Assembly: GCF_009914755.1 (NCBI RefSeq)
Contig: NC_060940.1
Origin: the human T2T-CHM13v2.0 reference genome, Homo sapiens
DNA: 64,000 nucleotides
Strand: one strand, 5' to 3'
The notes below the pieces were generated by a model, which worked only from the letters and a program-made list of their open reading frames with translations, was not told the origin of the DNA and searched no databases. Both the position numbers and the translations under genes were made by a program. Shown in pieces: positions 1 through 12,710 of this stretch (positions are counted from its first letter, which is position 1; every line of letters starts with the position of its first letter).

Positions 1-149
1 TCCAGGCGCTTGGAGGATGGAAAGTTTCCTTTTGGCTGGAGTGATCTGGGAGGACTTCCTGCAGGAGGTGGTGCTTGAAGCAGATTCTGAAGCGTTGGTT
101 ACTTTTGAAAAGGGAAGGTGGGGGAGGTGTGAAGAGGAGAGTGGTTTTT

Positions 150-265
150 ATCTCAGCATGCCACAAACTGTACTGTGTACTCCAGTGACCCGGATCTTGC
201 TAAAGGGGAGGTTCGGATTCAGCGGGTCTGGGAGGGGCCCTAGGCTCTGCCTTTCTAACAAGGCA
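150..265. mobile_element. MER5A-like hAT-Charlie DNA transposon fragment
   Basis: GATTCAGCGGGTCTGGGAGGGGCCCTAGGCTCTGCCTTTCTAACAAG resembles the MER5A core. Confidence 0.6.
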
Positions 266-377
266 CAGGGGAACTTCCCTCCCTTGAGCCCCGGAGTCAC
301 GTGCACCCTTCCAAGGCCCGGGCGGCATCAGTGCTGCTGGCCCAGAGGCCTCACATTGGATAGCCAGGGCACTGGAC

Positions 378-595
378 CTGCACCGCCTAATGTGGTGGCC
401 ACTAGCATAGATCCGTGGCTATCAGACCTGAAAACTGAACTGATCAAAATTAAAGAAAATGAAAACTTCAGTGCCCCAATCACAGCAGCTCCATCTTGAG
501 CCCCCAACAGCCACGTGCGGATGGAGGCTGCTCAGTCGGACAGTGCAGATAGAGAGCATTTCCATTGTTCCAGAAAGTTCCACCGGACCGTGCCA
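378..595 (-). mobile_element. MER3 (hAT-Charlie) element
   Basis: GTGGCCACTAGC...AAAATTAAAGAAAATGAAAACTTCAGT...AGCCACGTGCGG...GGACAGTGCAGATAGAGAGCATTTCCAT...GAAAGTTC follows the MER3 reverse complement. Confidence 0.7.
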
Positions 596-1117
596 GTCCT
601 CAGCCCAGAAGCTGGAAGGCTGGGCCTGCAATCCTCGGAGCGATACTGGCACGGGCCTGGGAGCGTCACCGGGTCTTCTCGGGGAGGCTCTTGAGAGCCT
701 AGTGGGGAGGTCTTTGCCGTGTTTGGGGCCACAGGGACCTGGAGCAGGGACCTGACTGACTGACCTTTTGACATTAAACACAGGAAGGACTGGGGGGGAG
801 AAACAGGTCAGAGACTGCAGGAGGCCCCAGCAAGGGAGGCAGAGGCGTGGGGGCAGAGGCCATGGCGGAGCTCAGGCTGCAGAGGGTCCCTGTCGGTGGC
901 CAGGCCCAGGGAGGAGCTGGCAGCAAGGGACATGTTTGGAATCTGAGAGACGGTGGCTGTCCATGAAATGGGGAAGTGAGTTGGGCGTGGGGGCACAAAC
1001 CACCAAGTGGCAGTTTCATGAAGGAAGGAGTGGTTTCCATTGTCAAGTGGTATTGGATGTGGGGACCAGGTGGACCCTGGAGGACATCAGTACTAGTGTC
1101 TAGTGATGCATACGTAG

Positions 1118-1678
1118 AACACATAGCACACACACACACGTACAACACATACCACACACCACACACACAACCACACCCCCCCACACCCCACATACCACAC
1201 ACACACCACACACAACGCACACACACACACCACATACCACACACAACACACCACACACACACTGAATACTACACACACACCACATACTACACACACAACA
1301 CACACAGCACGCACACACCACATACCACACGTACAAAACACACCACACCACACACAACCACACACACACCAACACACCACATACCCCCACACACAACACA
1401 CACCACATACCACACAACACACCACACACACCACATACCCCTCCACACACAACACACAATCACACACCACACACACCACATACCCCCACACACAAACACA
1501 CCACACACACTACACACCACACACACACAGCACATACAACACACAGCACATACCACACACACAACACACACACATCACACACACCACATGCACACAACCA
1601 CATACCACACACACCACACACACACCGCACACACATACACGTGCACACAACACACAACACGACATACACACACACACC
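1118..1678. repeat. Degenerate CA-rich simple repeat (~560 bp)
   Basis: Almost exclusively C/A with CACAC, CACCAC and CATAC variants. Confidence 0.95.
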
Positions 1679-2003
1679 AGGCTGTGTGTGAGCACAGTGT
1701 GCCTTGCCTTCTTTTCCAGAGCAGGTTAAATGATGTGCCTGGGATGGGCTGCTTAGAACCCAGCAGGGGCTGCTCCGGAACCCAGTTCTCCTCCCTCGGT
1801 TTCCGAGGGCTCCCCCAACCCTAGGGGCCCCTGCTGCTCCAGGACCTCATCCGGGAAAGGGGAGCCAAGGGGTCATTGTGGGCTTTCTGGAAGAGGTGTG
1901 GGGCCTTGTCTATTACCTAAAGGAAGGCCCACTTTGGAGAACCTGCAGACGATCAAGTCAGGGCATTGCAAGAGAGGAATCACACATGCAGAGGGCCGGC
2001 AGC

Positions 2004-2394
<391 letters not shown>

Positions 2395-2648
2395 GTACTT
2401 CATTCCTTTTCATAGCCAAGTCGTCTGTCCTGGCCTGGATAGACCACGTTCTGTTTCTCCATGCATCTGTTGATGACGTTCAGCTTGCTTCTACTTTTTG
2501 GTTATTACGAATAATGCTGTTGTGAACACTGGCGTGCATGTTTTTGTGTGTCTGTATGTTTTCATTTCTCTTGGGCATGTATCTGTAGTGGGACTGCTGC
2601 ACCTTCTGGTAAGTCTATTTAACTTTTTGAGGAACTGCCAGACTCTCT
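2395..2648 (-). mobile_element. Old L1M 3' fragment
   Basis: TTCATTCCTTTTCATAGCC...AATAATGCTGTTGTGAACA...TTTTTGAGGAACTGCCAGACT. Confidence 0.8.
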
Positions 2649-3675
2649 TCCTGAGCCTCAGTTTTCCCAGCTGTGAAGTGGAGCTGTGTCCTGGGGTCCT
2701 GCTGGTTTTCTGTATCAAGTAGCGTATTTTATTTGGAAACTTGAAGGAGCTGAATGATGTCTTTCATTGCTGCTATTAATAGCAACACCCAGCCATCACA
2801 GTGGGCGCGTCCGGAGGGGGAGCCGGCAGGCGCACTGGTTTGTGCCAGTCTGGGCCCGGGAAGCATTTCTCCTCCTCCGGCCACCAGTTGCCTCAGATTG
2901 GAGTTATTGTGAGTGAGTGTCCTCCCTGTGTTTCTGGGGAACTTCCTGGGAACTCAAGAAAATGTTTTCCAAAGCTGAATTCCATAGAAAAAGAGACCAA
3001 AGCTGGGAAGGGCAGGTGACAGCTGCCACCCTCCTTGTGTGGGAATTTCAGGAGAACTCGGGCAGACGTGGCGCCGTCTCTTTGGCCAGAGAAGAAGCAG
3101 GACATCCCATCAGCTCAGCCCCCGCGGGGACTGGCTTGGGAGAGGCCCGCTCCCCACACATGGCGGGCGGGGGCGCCAGGCCTCCCGTCTGGTCCTGACA
3201 AGCAGCCCCCGGAGCCTGAGTTTTTCTTGGAAGGCGTCCAACTGGTGCAGAGCTGGCTTGGCCCAGCGCTCTTGTGGGAGAGAAAGGAAGCCATTGAGGG
3301 CCGGCCGTGGAAGTTGTAAACTGGATAAATGACCCTCCATAGCAGGCCCCCAGAATGCTTTTCCTCTGCTCTGCAGTGAGAAGCCAGCCTGGGAAAATCC
3401 CAGTGTTCATTATTCAGCTGCTTCCCAGAGAGGACAAGTGACCTGCCTGGGGTCACACAGCCAGTTAGAGGCCAAACTAGGAGGGCTCTTCTTGACACCC
3501 GGCTGGGTCTTTCCGGAGCTCTGCAATCCACCTGTCTGCTATCCCATCAAAACCCGAGGCTTACTCCCTGCGCGTCAGCAGTAGCCGAACTCTGCGAAGT
3601 TGTCCCTTCCGCCTCGGACGAGGCCCCGGGGTCAGAAAGCTACAGGAAGTGACCTCGTAGAACACACCCAAAGCC

Positions 3676-3717
3676 AGGTCATTCCTTTCTGGGCCTAGGT
3701 CATTCCTTTCTGGGCCT
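3676..3717. repeat. Perfect 21-bp tandem duplication
   Basis: AGGTCATTCCTTTCTGGGCCT x2. Confidence 0.95.
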
Positions 3718-6095
3718 CTCCGCCCGGCCTCCAGAGGACACCTGGGCTGTGATGCCAAGAGCCCAAGAAGGCGCTGGTGTGGAATGTGCCAGATGTTTTT
3801 TTTCCTTCGGAAAACACTGTGTCCTGTCCGCTGGTGGCTCTGCTGAGATTTGGCTGGTCTCCTCCTGTGCTTCAGGTCCCCTGGGTCTCCTCCTCACCCA
3901 GCTACAGCCAGGGTGGGAGGCAGCAGGCATCGGTCACGGACCCTTGGGGGCTCCCTGCTGGAGCCTGCCCTGGTTATATTGGGATCTGCGCTCCAGGCAG
4001 GCGGGGGATTTAACCCTGAGCGTCCCCTCTTTAGATTGAGCCAGCTTGTCTTCGCACCCTCCCGACAAGGCCGGGCAGCCCCCTTGCCCTGCCAGCGGCT
4101 TGCTTCAAAGGTTAATCCCCTCGCTGGGGAGCGGCTCCCCGCTCCCCCTCTCCCCCGCCCCCCGGCTTTTTACGCTCCAGTTAATTAAATGTGGCTGCCT
4201 ATTGTCAGAAGACAAAGTTGGATATTTATCACACCTTGGCGCTACAGAATGTCAGAGGCACGCACAGTTTGAAGAAATACTGGCAGGGAATGAGGCTGAG
4301 CATATGTCCACAGGGCCAGGGCAGGCAGGTGGCAGCCACCTCTGCAACCTGCGGTGCTCCCAGCTTTGGCTGTGGCGAGCAGCTTTCAAACGAGGCACTC
4401 CAGGATTTGTGTTTACCCGGGGAGTTCTGGCGGAATCTAGGAGATCTGCTATCCGGCATAAACATCCTGGTTCCGGAGATTATTTCATTGGAAGGAATTA
4501 AGGATGCCGTTAAAATACACACAGACCCCTCCTTGCTTCGCTCTGGTGCTGTGTGCCCTGTGGGGACCGGCTTCCCTCTCGTCTCCCCTCTCGTCTCCCC
4601 TCTTTTCTGATCTCCTCCTTGGGCTTTCACATTTTATTTTTATTTTTTCACTTGGGCACTGCAAAAACACACGGCTAATTGCGATTTCTTTTTCATGACG
4701 GGCGGGAGGGGCATATGGATGTGTTCATTTTATAGGGTTTTTTTCCTCCCCCTTAATAATAATGCTTTAAAGATGTTTGACATCTGTAACTAACAGCTGG
4801 CATCCTGTTATGGAAGAATGTCCTTTTATTTCAAAGCAGGTTGAACTGTCATTAATAGTATAATTAGGTGATTATCACTATATAGCAGAAAACTGCTTAA
4901 TTGTAGAGATCGCTTTTCTAGGATTCCAGTCTTTTTATGGTTATATTTGTTTTAGCTGTTGAATTTTCATTATATTTTGGCATTTGGTATGCTGCCTCGT
5001 TTCTGTTTTTTTTTTTTTTTTCCCCTTCCTGTTTTTTAATGTGTCTGACAGCTGTCTTTGGGAGCATTTGGTTTTGAAGGTGCTCCTGGTGTTAGAGCAG
5101 TGACGGGGGAGTATTACCTGGAAGAGGTTTCTTATCCTGGGCCCTGCTTAACACATTCTGTGCCAGGCCAGAGGCCCACAGGAGCAAGGCCAGGAATACC
5201 GGTGCCCTTTGATTTATCTGATCTCTCTCTGGGTAATAGTATGGAATTAGACATTTAACCCTGGAGCTAAGGTTGTCTGTTAAGAGGCCAGCTTTTACAA
5301 TGCAATTTATTTTTATGGTGCGTCCTTAATACACAATATTACCAAATGCTTCGGAGTCTCTTGGATTCCAGAGGGAAAGGCACATTTAAAGGGACATGGT
5401 CTCCGATGTAACTGGAATTTGAAAATAAATGGGTTTTCCAGACTCTACGAGGAAATAGTTTATCTCTTAACGAAGGACTTTGAAATGAGCATAGAGGTGG
5501 GCTTGCTTTTGAAAAGCGAAGGGAAGCCAAACGCTGCCCCTTCCACACTTTTGGAGCCTAGACGTCCTTATTGGTCTCTGCTAGAGGCCTGGGGTAGATG
5601 CTGGAGCTCGGATCACCTGACATCTGGGCCGCATGTCTTCCTCTAGCAAGTCCCGAATTGACTGTCTGCTCTCCCGGGAGAAGCTGTCCCCAGACCCTTT
5701 CTTCCTAACTAAGCCCTGCCAAGAGCAGGGGTATGTTATGGGTATTACGGGGCATTTTTTGAAGGGTCACCTATTCTTGATGTAGAGTTTTAGAAACGCT
5801 TTTCTTTCCCAAGTGTCCAGGAGGGACTAAAAGCAGTTGTGTCCTGGGGTTGCAAATCTGGGTTCCAGGCTTGCTTGGGGACTGATGCCCTGGTGTGTCC
5901 TTGGGGATCATGGTGCTTCTGTCTTGCTTTGCCACTGCAAAGCCTGTGGATTAGACACGGGGACCCTGGGTCATCACTGGGCTCTCACAGCTTCTCCCAC
6001 CCCAGTTTTGCAACACTGCCTGGTTTACAAGAGCAGGCAGGCCCTTCCCTGAATGCAGGCCCTGCATGGGGGCTTTAGGTGACCCTGTCTTGATT

Positions 6096-6286
6096 ATCAC
6101 AGTCAGGACGCTGAGGTCCTGGAGGTGAGCTGACCATCCCCAAGCACCCGGCCAGGGGCATCACAGTCAGGACTTGGGTCCTGGAGGTGAGCTGACCTTC
6201 CCCGGGCACCCGGCCAGGGGCATCACAGTCAGGACGCTGGGGTCCTGGAGGTGAGCTGACCGTCCCTGGGCACCCGGCCAGGGGCA
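6096..6286. repeat. Minisatellite, 3 x 62-64 bp, MIR-derived unit
   Basis: Units start at 6096, 6160 and 6222: ATCACAGTCAGGAC..GGTCCTGGAGGTGAGCTGACC..GCACCCGGCCAGGGGC. Confidence 0.92.
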
Positions 6287-6599
6287 GAGGCAGGTCTTCT
6301 CCTCTGCGGTTCTCTTCATGGTAGGTGGTGGCTGATGCCCTTGAAGTTGGGGTCCCAGAAAGTGGAGGTGCCCAGCCTGCCCAGTGGTGATCACCTCGAG
6401 GAGGGAGGACGCGGTCCTCTCAGGGAAGTGGGGTGTGCATTCGGGGCACTTGGGTTTTTCTCTGCTGTCCCTGCAAGGGTGGTGGAGGAAGTGCTTCAGG
6501 GCCAGCCAGGGCAGGTCTGCTGTGACAAGGACCCCACCACCCCACCCAGCAGCTGGAGGACATCCAAAGAGTCCTCCATCCTGGGCTAGCCAGAGCTGA

Positions 6600-6785
6600 A
6601 GCTTATTGAGCGCCTACTCTATGCAGTACCTGCATGGGCTCATTTCTCCTTCGCACTAGCCCAGGAGGCAGCGCTGCGATTATCCCCCTTTCACAGAGGA
6701 GGGGCTGACCCCAGAGAGGCACAGTCACCTGCCCAGGGTGAGTGTGGCACAGAGGTCGAGGGTCACCCGGCAGGTCCTGATCACC
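6600..6785 (-). mobile_element. MIR
   Basis: TTATTGAGCGCCTACT...ATTATCCCCCTTTCACAGAGGAG...CAGAGAGG...CCTGCCCAGGGT. Confidence 0.7.
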
Positions 6786-7769
6786 CATCCTAGGAAGGGG
6801 TGGCCTGGCTCTACCCTTGACTCAGGAACTGATGTTTCTTTCTACCCTTGCCCAGGAGTTTTAGGAAGAAGCCCGGGTCCCCCACCCCAGCAGGGCAGAT
6901 AAAGGCTTGGGTTCCAGGTTTCCCCTTTTCCACTCCAGTCCTCCAGGGGCTCCAGCATTTTGCATTTCTCAGTTGAGCTGAGCCTTCCAAGCCAGTCAGC
7001 AGTACAGGTGCTGATGCCCGATGGCCGTGCCTTTGCAGAGCCCGGCTTGCTGCTGTGCGCTGTGTGGCTCCAGGCAAGTTGCTTCCCCTCTCTGAGCCTC
7101 TTTCTTTGCTGTCAGCCACCTGGTGTTGGGAGGCTGCAGCCTTTGTTCTCCTGCGAGGAGGCTGCTGAAAGGCCTGCAGTTCTTCCGTTGAATTCCGGCC
7201 CCTCCCAGCTCTCCACTCTGGCTGGCACCCAGCAGGCTGGAGGAGATTGGCAGGGCCTCTCCCCAGGACCCCCTGAGCCGCCCCAGATATTGTGCGCTGA
7301 CACCTGGGAGGGCGGCACCGGGACAGCTGCTTGCTGTGCGGCTTCCCCCAGGTTTTGTGGCTGGAGGGATAAATAACCCCTTCATCAGTGTTTTCACCTG
7401 AATGCCATGGATAACGGTGGCAGCCTGTCCCGAACGCCAGGCTCCAAGTGCCTGGGCTCCCCAGACGACAGAGGCACAAGTCACTGGGCCTTTAGTCCTT
7501 CTGTTGGCAGGGGCTGGTTCCCATTTCACATGTGGGGCAGCTAAGGCTCAGAGAGCTTCTCCCCCGCCCCTCACATGCATGGCCCTCCCTTTCCCGACTT
7601 TCTCTGTCTTGTTCTGTGCAACAAGCGTGTGTTAGCTGTGGTTACTGTTTTTATTTTGCAGGGAGGAACAAAAGCTTAAAGGGCTAACTGACTTGCCCAG
7701 CATCCCAGGGCCAGGAGGTGGTAGATGCAGGAATCTAACAGAACAGCAGGCCAAGTGTCCCCCGAATCA

Positions 7770-8122
7770 GGCAGCTTCCCTGCTGGAAACCCTCTTGAGA
7801 GTAAAAGCCAGCATTCTCTGCCTCCACTACCCCTCACCACACATGGCCCCACCTCAGGGCCTTTGCACAGGCTAGTCTCTCTTGCTCATTCAGGCCTCTG
7901 CTCAGATGCCACCTTTGAGGCTCTCTGGCCACCGTGCACCCCGGTCACTCACCCATCCTGCACACCTGATGTGCATTTTTTTTTTTTTTAGCATCTTACT
8001 GCGTCTCCTCAACTGGACTGTAAGCTCCCCCCAGCACAGCGATCTGGTTTGTCTTGTTCTCTGTGGCATCCTGATGCTGGCACAGTACCAGGCACACAGC
8101 AGGCGCTTAATCAATGTCAGTG
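7770..8122 (+). mobile_element. L2 3' end
   Basis: CCTCAGGGCCTTTGCACA...GACTGTAAGCTCC...GGCACACAGCAGGCGCTTAATCAATGT. Confidence 0.75.
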
Positions 8123-8954
8123 GGCTGCCACACCTCTCTGCAGGTCAAAAGCTAGCATCTTGGGATTTAAGGTTCTTTCTGCCCTTAGGCCTAAATAGTC
8201 TAAAAAGAGAGAACTTGGGAGAAGTGGGGTGACCTTGGTGGTGTCAGCTTGGAGCTTCTGGGCTTGGGGGAACCCGAGTGGTTTAGGAGCAACGCTGGTC
8301 GGGGTGGAGGGGACCCTCCCCTCTGGGTGGGGCTTGGGGTATCAGAGGGCTCTACCCTTGGGGCGGGGCTTCTGCCTGGAGGGTAGAATGGGGTTTTTCC
8401 AAAAACTAACCCACCCACTTCTTTTGAAATTCTGGCTGGGGCCAGCTTGGGTCGGTGGCAGACACAGCAGGTCTTTGTATCCTTGGAATCCTTCTGAAGC
8501 CAACTTGGGGAGGGCGCTTTGTATTGTAAATTTCCGCAGAGTAATTATGTCTTAATGTATGATAATCCGGCCTGGCCCTGGCGCTGGGCAGCCTGTGTCT
8601 GCAGCGGTTGCTGCCGGGGACTCACAGGCCGGGCAGGCAGGTCAGAGGGACGCGTCCTGGAGATCCAGGGCCAGCAGGGTCGATCCTGAGGGGCCTGGGG
8701 GATTCCCCAGACCTACGCCTGGGAGACCCATGAAGGGCTTGTGTTTTTGGTGCGGCCTCCCGTCTCTCTTCCTAGTCAGAGTCCTCCAAGGAGCCCCATC
8801 TCAGATCCCAGTCCCGGGTTCCTGCTGAAAGTTCCTTTTCGGTCTGGGCCAGGAAGAGAGTCATGGAACTACCAAGTCTTAGGTTAGAACTAGCCCTGAA
8901 AGATCGTCTAGGCTTGGCTTGAAATAGCTCCATGGATGGGGAGCTCACCCCAGT

Positions 8955-9300
8955 CAATCAGCAAGCAGTTATTGAGCATCTACTGGCTGCTAGGCACTAC
9001 ACACTAGTCACTAAGGCCCTGAGGAACCAGGGCTAAACTGAAAAGACAAAAATCCTGGAGCGGCTGGAACTGACTTAGTAGTTAGAGAGGCAGACAGTAG
9101 ACAAGGGAAATAAAGTGGAATGCATGTTAGGGCTGCAGAGAAGGGATACAGCTGGGAGGAGGGTGAGAGAAGGGTGGAGTTTTGATGGGACAACCAGAGA
9201 GGGCCTCTTCTCTCTTTCTGGGGGAAGGGCAGGCCATGTGAAGAGAACAGCAGTGCAGAGGCCCCATGGCTGGAACGTGGCTCCTGGACTATGTTGCTTG
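8955..9300 (-). mobile_element. L2 fragment
   Basis: TTATTGAGCATCTACTGGCTGCTAGGCACT followed by purine-rich L2-like body. Confidence 0.6.
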
Positions 9301-9721
9301 GAATGTTCACTCTGTGGATGTTTGCTGAGCTCCTGCAGGGGAAGAGGACATTCTGGGCTGTCCCGATGATGTTCCAGTCTCACAGTGGAAAAGCGTGTAG
9401 GGAGAGGGAGAAGGGGTGAGTGCAGAGAGGGAGAGAGCAAGGGAGGGCCCTTCCTGGAGAAGCGGGAGGCCTTGGGCAGCAGCCGGCCAGCCCTGAAGGC
9501 TGGCCAGCATCCGAACCCCGCCAAGGAGGGAGGCTGCGTGCTCTCTGCCTCCCCACTGAACTGGGCTCCTTCCTGCCATTGAGCCTCTCAGACCTCTGCT
9601 CTCAGCCAGAGAGACTGGGTTTAGACCCATTTGAGACATGCCCCAGCGATGCCCAGGGACACCGCAGCCTCCTGTTGGGTCACAAGGCCTGGCTGTGGTG
9701 GCTGACATCTGTTGGTATCCC

Positions 9722-10093
9722 TGTCACAGGCTGAATGTTTGTGCTCCCCCAAATTCAGATGTGGAAGCCCCGACCCTCAGGGTGGCTGTATTTGGAAATG
9801 GAGCCTCTAAGGAAATAGTTATGGTTAAGTGAGGTTCTCAGGGTGGGCCCCTGCTCTGCTAGGATTAGTGTCCTCACAGGAGGAGACCCCAGAGAGTGCG
9901 CTGTCTCCGTCACGTGAGCTCTCGGCCAGAAGGCAGCCGTCTGCAATCCAAGCAGGGAGCCCTCCACGGAAATCAACCCTGCCAGCACCTTGATCTTGGC
10001 CTTCCAGCCTTAAGAACTATGAGAAAATAAATTTCTGTGTTTAAGCCACGAAGTCTGGGGTGTTTTGTTTGGTAGCCTGAGCAGAGATGCACA
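9722..10093 (+). mobile_element. MaLR solo LTR (MLT1A-like)
   Basis: TG..GGCTGAATGTTTGTGCTCCCCCAAATTCA...CACCTTGATCTTGGCCTTCCAGCCT...AATAAATTTCTG...CA. Confidence 0.85.
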
Positions 10094-10959
10094 GTTGCTG
10101 AGGCCCTGGAGGTGACATCCAGGCATTGAGCTCTTGCCCTGCTGGACATTAGGTCAGAGGGACACTGGTGGTTGGCTGATTTTGCCTTTGAACAGGGATG
10201 GTTTTAATAAGGATTTGGTGAGGTGATCAGCCTGTGTGTGTTGGGAGGGCATCCCACATGGGCTCCTCTCTCCGCAGCAGCTCTCCAGCCTCCTTCAGAA
10301 GGGAGCTTCAGTGGGGAGGGGGCTGGTGGAGGAAGCCCCAAGAGAGGGGGAGGATCTCTTTCTGCCCCATGCCCCCTGCCCCTTACCCACCACCCAGGAA
10401 ATGAGGAAGGTTGGCAGCTTGGAAGCAGGGGGATGGGACCTTGATGTCTTCAGGTTGCTGGGGGCCGTACTGCACGGTGTCCCTGGCAACTGAATGCAGG
10501 GCTCCGGCCTGGGTGGGAAGGGTCTCTGCTGAAGCCGGACGAACCCTGGGGAGAGCCTTTTAGGATTCGGATTCTGGGGAGCTGACGGGTTATCAGGCCC
10601 TCTGTTTCTGGAGAGAGGTTTATGCCACAGTTGTGGGGAGAGACCCCAAGGCAGGACCCTGGAGAGCCTGGTCCTACCGCTCTCCTCTTCCGTAGAAGTT
10701 CAGCATGCGTCTCTGTGCATGCGCATGTGCATATGTGTGCAGGGGACAGAGAGACAGGTTTGGTCCAGCAATCCGGCCGTCCTAAATGCAGTGTGCATTT
10801 CTGTGCTCAGGGTGAATTGGGCTGACCTGTGACCTGTCCCCTTCAGTGAGCTCGCCCTTCCTTGAGAGGAGGGCTGCATCAGGCACGAGTGGATGGGGTC
10901 TACACCCAGGGCTGCGGCTTCCCCTGCTGAAGTTCCTGTCCCCCACTGGCTGCATCCGA

Positions 10960-11080
10960 ATCTTATGGGGTTCTAGAAAACACAAACTTCCTTGGGTTTC
11001 TACCACCCAGCAAATCCCAGCCAGAGGATCTGGGGTGGGGCCTGGGAGTCTACATTTTTCAAAGCTCCCCACCCCAAGTT
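10960..11080. mobile_element. MER5-like fragment
   Basis: GGATCTGGGGTGGGGCCTGGGAGTCTACATTTTTCAAAGCTCCCCA. Confidence 0.6.
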
Positions 11081-12619
11081 GGGTGATCAGTCAGATTGAA
11101 GAGACAGATACTGCCAGCTACCTGGGGTGGAGTGGGTGCTGGCTCTTGTGGGATCCGTCTCCTGGGCCTCCATCCCTGGGCTCCTGGGGCGGAATTGGGT
11201 GGGGAAGGAGGCAAGAGGAGACACAGCCACTTCCGCAGGCACGCTGGTGTCATCGCACTGAAAACTCCAAACCTGGCAAATGTAAGAGGATTCACTTAGC
11301 ACCCGAACGGGGCTCTGCAAACATTGCCCCTCCTCCCCCGAGGTGTCGGCACCCCCTGGATTAATGTGTCTCGGCGAGAAGGGAGCGTGCCAGTATTCAG
11401 TGTGACCTTGGATCCTCCATCCCTTCGCCTTCGGGTGGAACTCCACTGCAGAAGCTGGCTGCGGTTCATGGGGGATGGGGAAGCCCCCACGTGCTGGGTT
11501 CCTGGGAATGCTAAGTGCAGGAGAGGAAATGGTGTTCTTGGGGCCTTTTTGGGGACTGGCCAGAGCCCGGTCACTTGGGAAAGGGTGAAGCTTCCTTGGA
11601 CCCGACATCCCCTGGGAGGACCCTCCTTGGCGAGGGGAGGAGCCCTGCCTGGCTTGCTTCCTGGGTGGCTCCTCCCTCTGGTGGTCCTCAGTCAGCACTG
11701 GTGGCATCCCCAGAGCTGACACCCAGTTCCCCCTTACGCAGCCGCCTGGGGTGCCTGGAGCTCAGTCCTCCCCGTGTTGATAAATTGAGCTTCTCTTCTC
11801 CACGGTTCAGGGCGTCGGGGTGGGGACGGGGCCATCCTGCACAACCCCCCCTCGCCTCTTAATGCCTTTTCACCCCTGAGAGCCTGTCTGCACAGCCTGC
11901 GGTTGGTCGGCCGCCTTGTCATTTAGCTGTTCCGAGCCAGTGATCGGGAGGCAGCACAAACTGTGGCATTTGCTGAGCGTAAAAATTCAATTAATTCCAG
12001 AAGGCAGATTAAATATAAGTGAGTTTTAATAATTTGCTGTAAAGTCGGAGGATTACTGTGGGCACGGGGAGGGAAGCCACACATGCGTGCTTGAGCAGGC
12101 TGGCACAGTCTCGGGGATGCCAGCCAGGGTGGCTTCCTGGAGCCACTCATTCCTCCCCGCAGGGTACACCCCCAGCTCTCCAGAGGACACCCTCCTGCGA
12201 GGGTGGTGTCCTGGGGGTCTCCCGCTGGAATTCTGGGGGACGGTAGGAAACGCTGGCCCAGTCTTTGATTCCAACCCTGTTCCCCCGATTACAAGGGTAA
12301 TAGGCAGGACATACAGCGATTCTCAGTTGGGGGTTCCTTCTAGGATCCCCAGGGAGTGAGCTGTCTGCCCAGGCAGACCTGGCCATGTGTGCCCTGTGCC
12401 CTGCAGCTCTGCCAGCAGCCCCTGGTCCTGTTCCCTCAAACTCACCTTTCTCTGCCTGCTTCCAGGGTCCTCCATAGCTGACGGCTTCCAGGTCTGGGCC
12501 CCAGGGTGGTTTTGTTGTCATAACTTTTTGGAAAGTAAAGCAGTATCAAGAATGGGCTGCAGACTCCTCAGATTCCAAGGCTCTCGGCCTTTCCAGGACC
12601 GCCCCCCACCCCCATTCCA

Positions 12620-12710
12620 ACACACACACAAACACACACACACACACGCCTGAAGTCACACACGCAGGAACTCACACATGCTCACACATTCGCACGCAAA
12701 CTCACACACG
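12620..12710. repeat. (CA)n microsatellite with degenerate extension
   Basis: CACACACACAAACACACACACACACAC... Confidence 0.85.

Noticed and set aside
976-1824. 282-aa His/Thr-rich ORF and the Val/Cys-rich antisense ORFs
   Set aside because: Translation of the CA simple repeat; no splice or codon evidence
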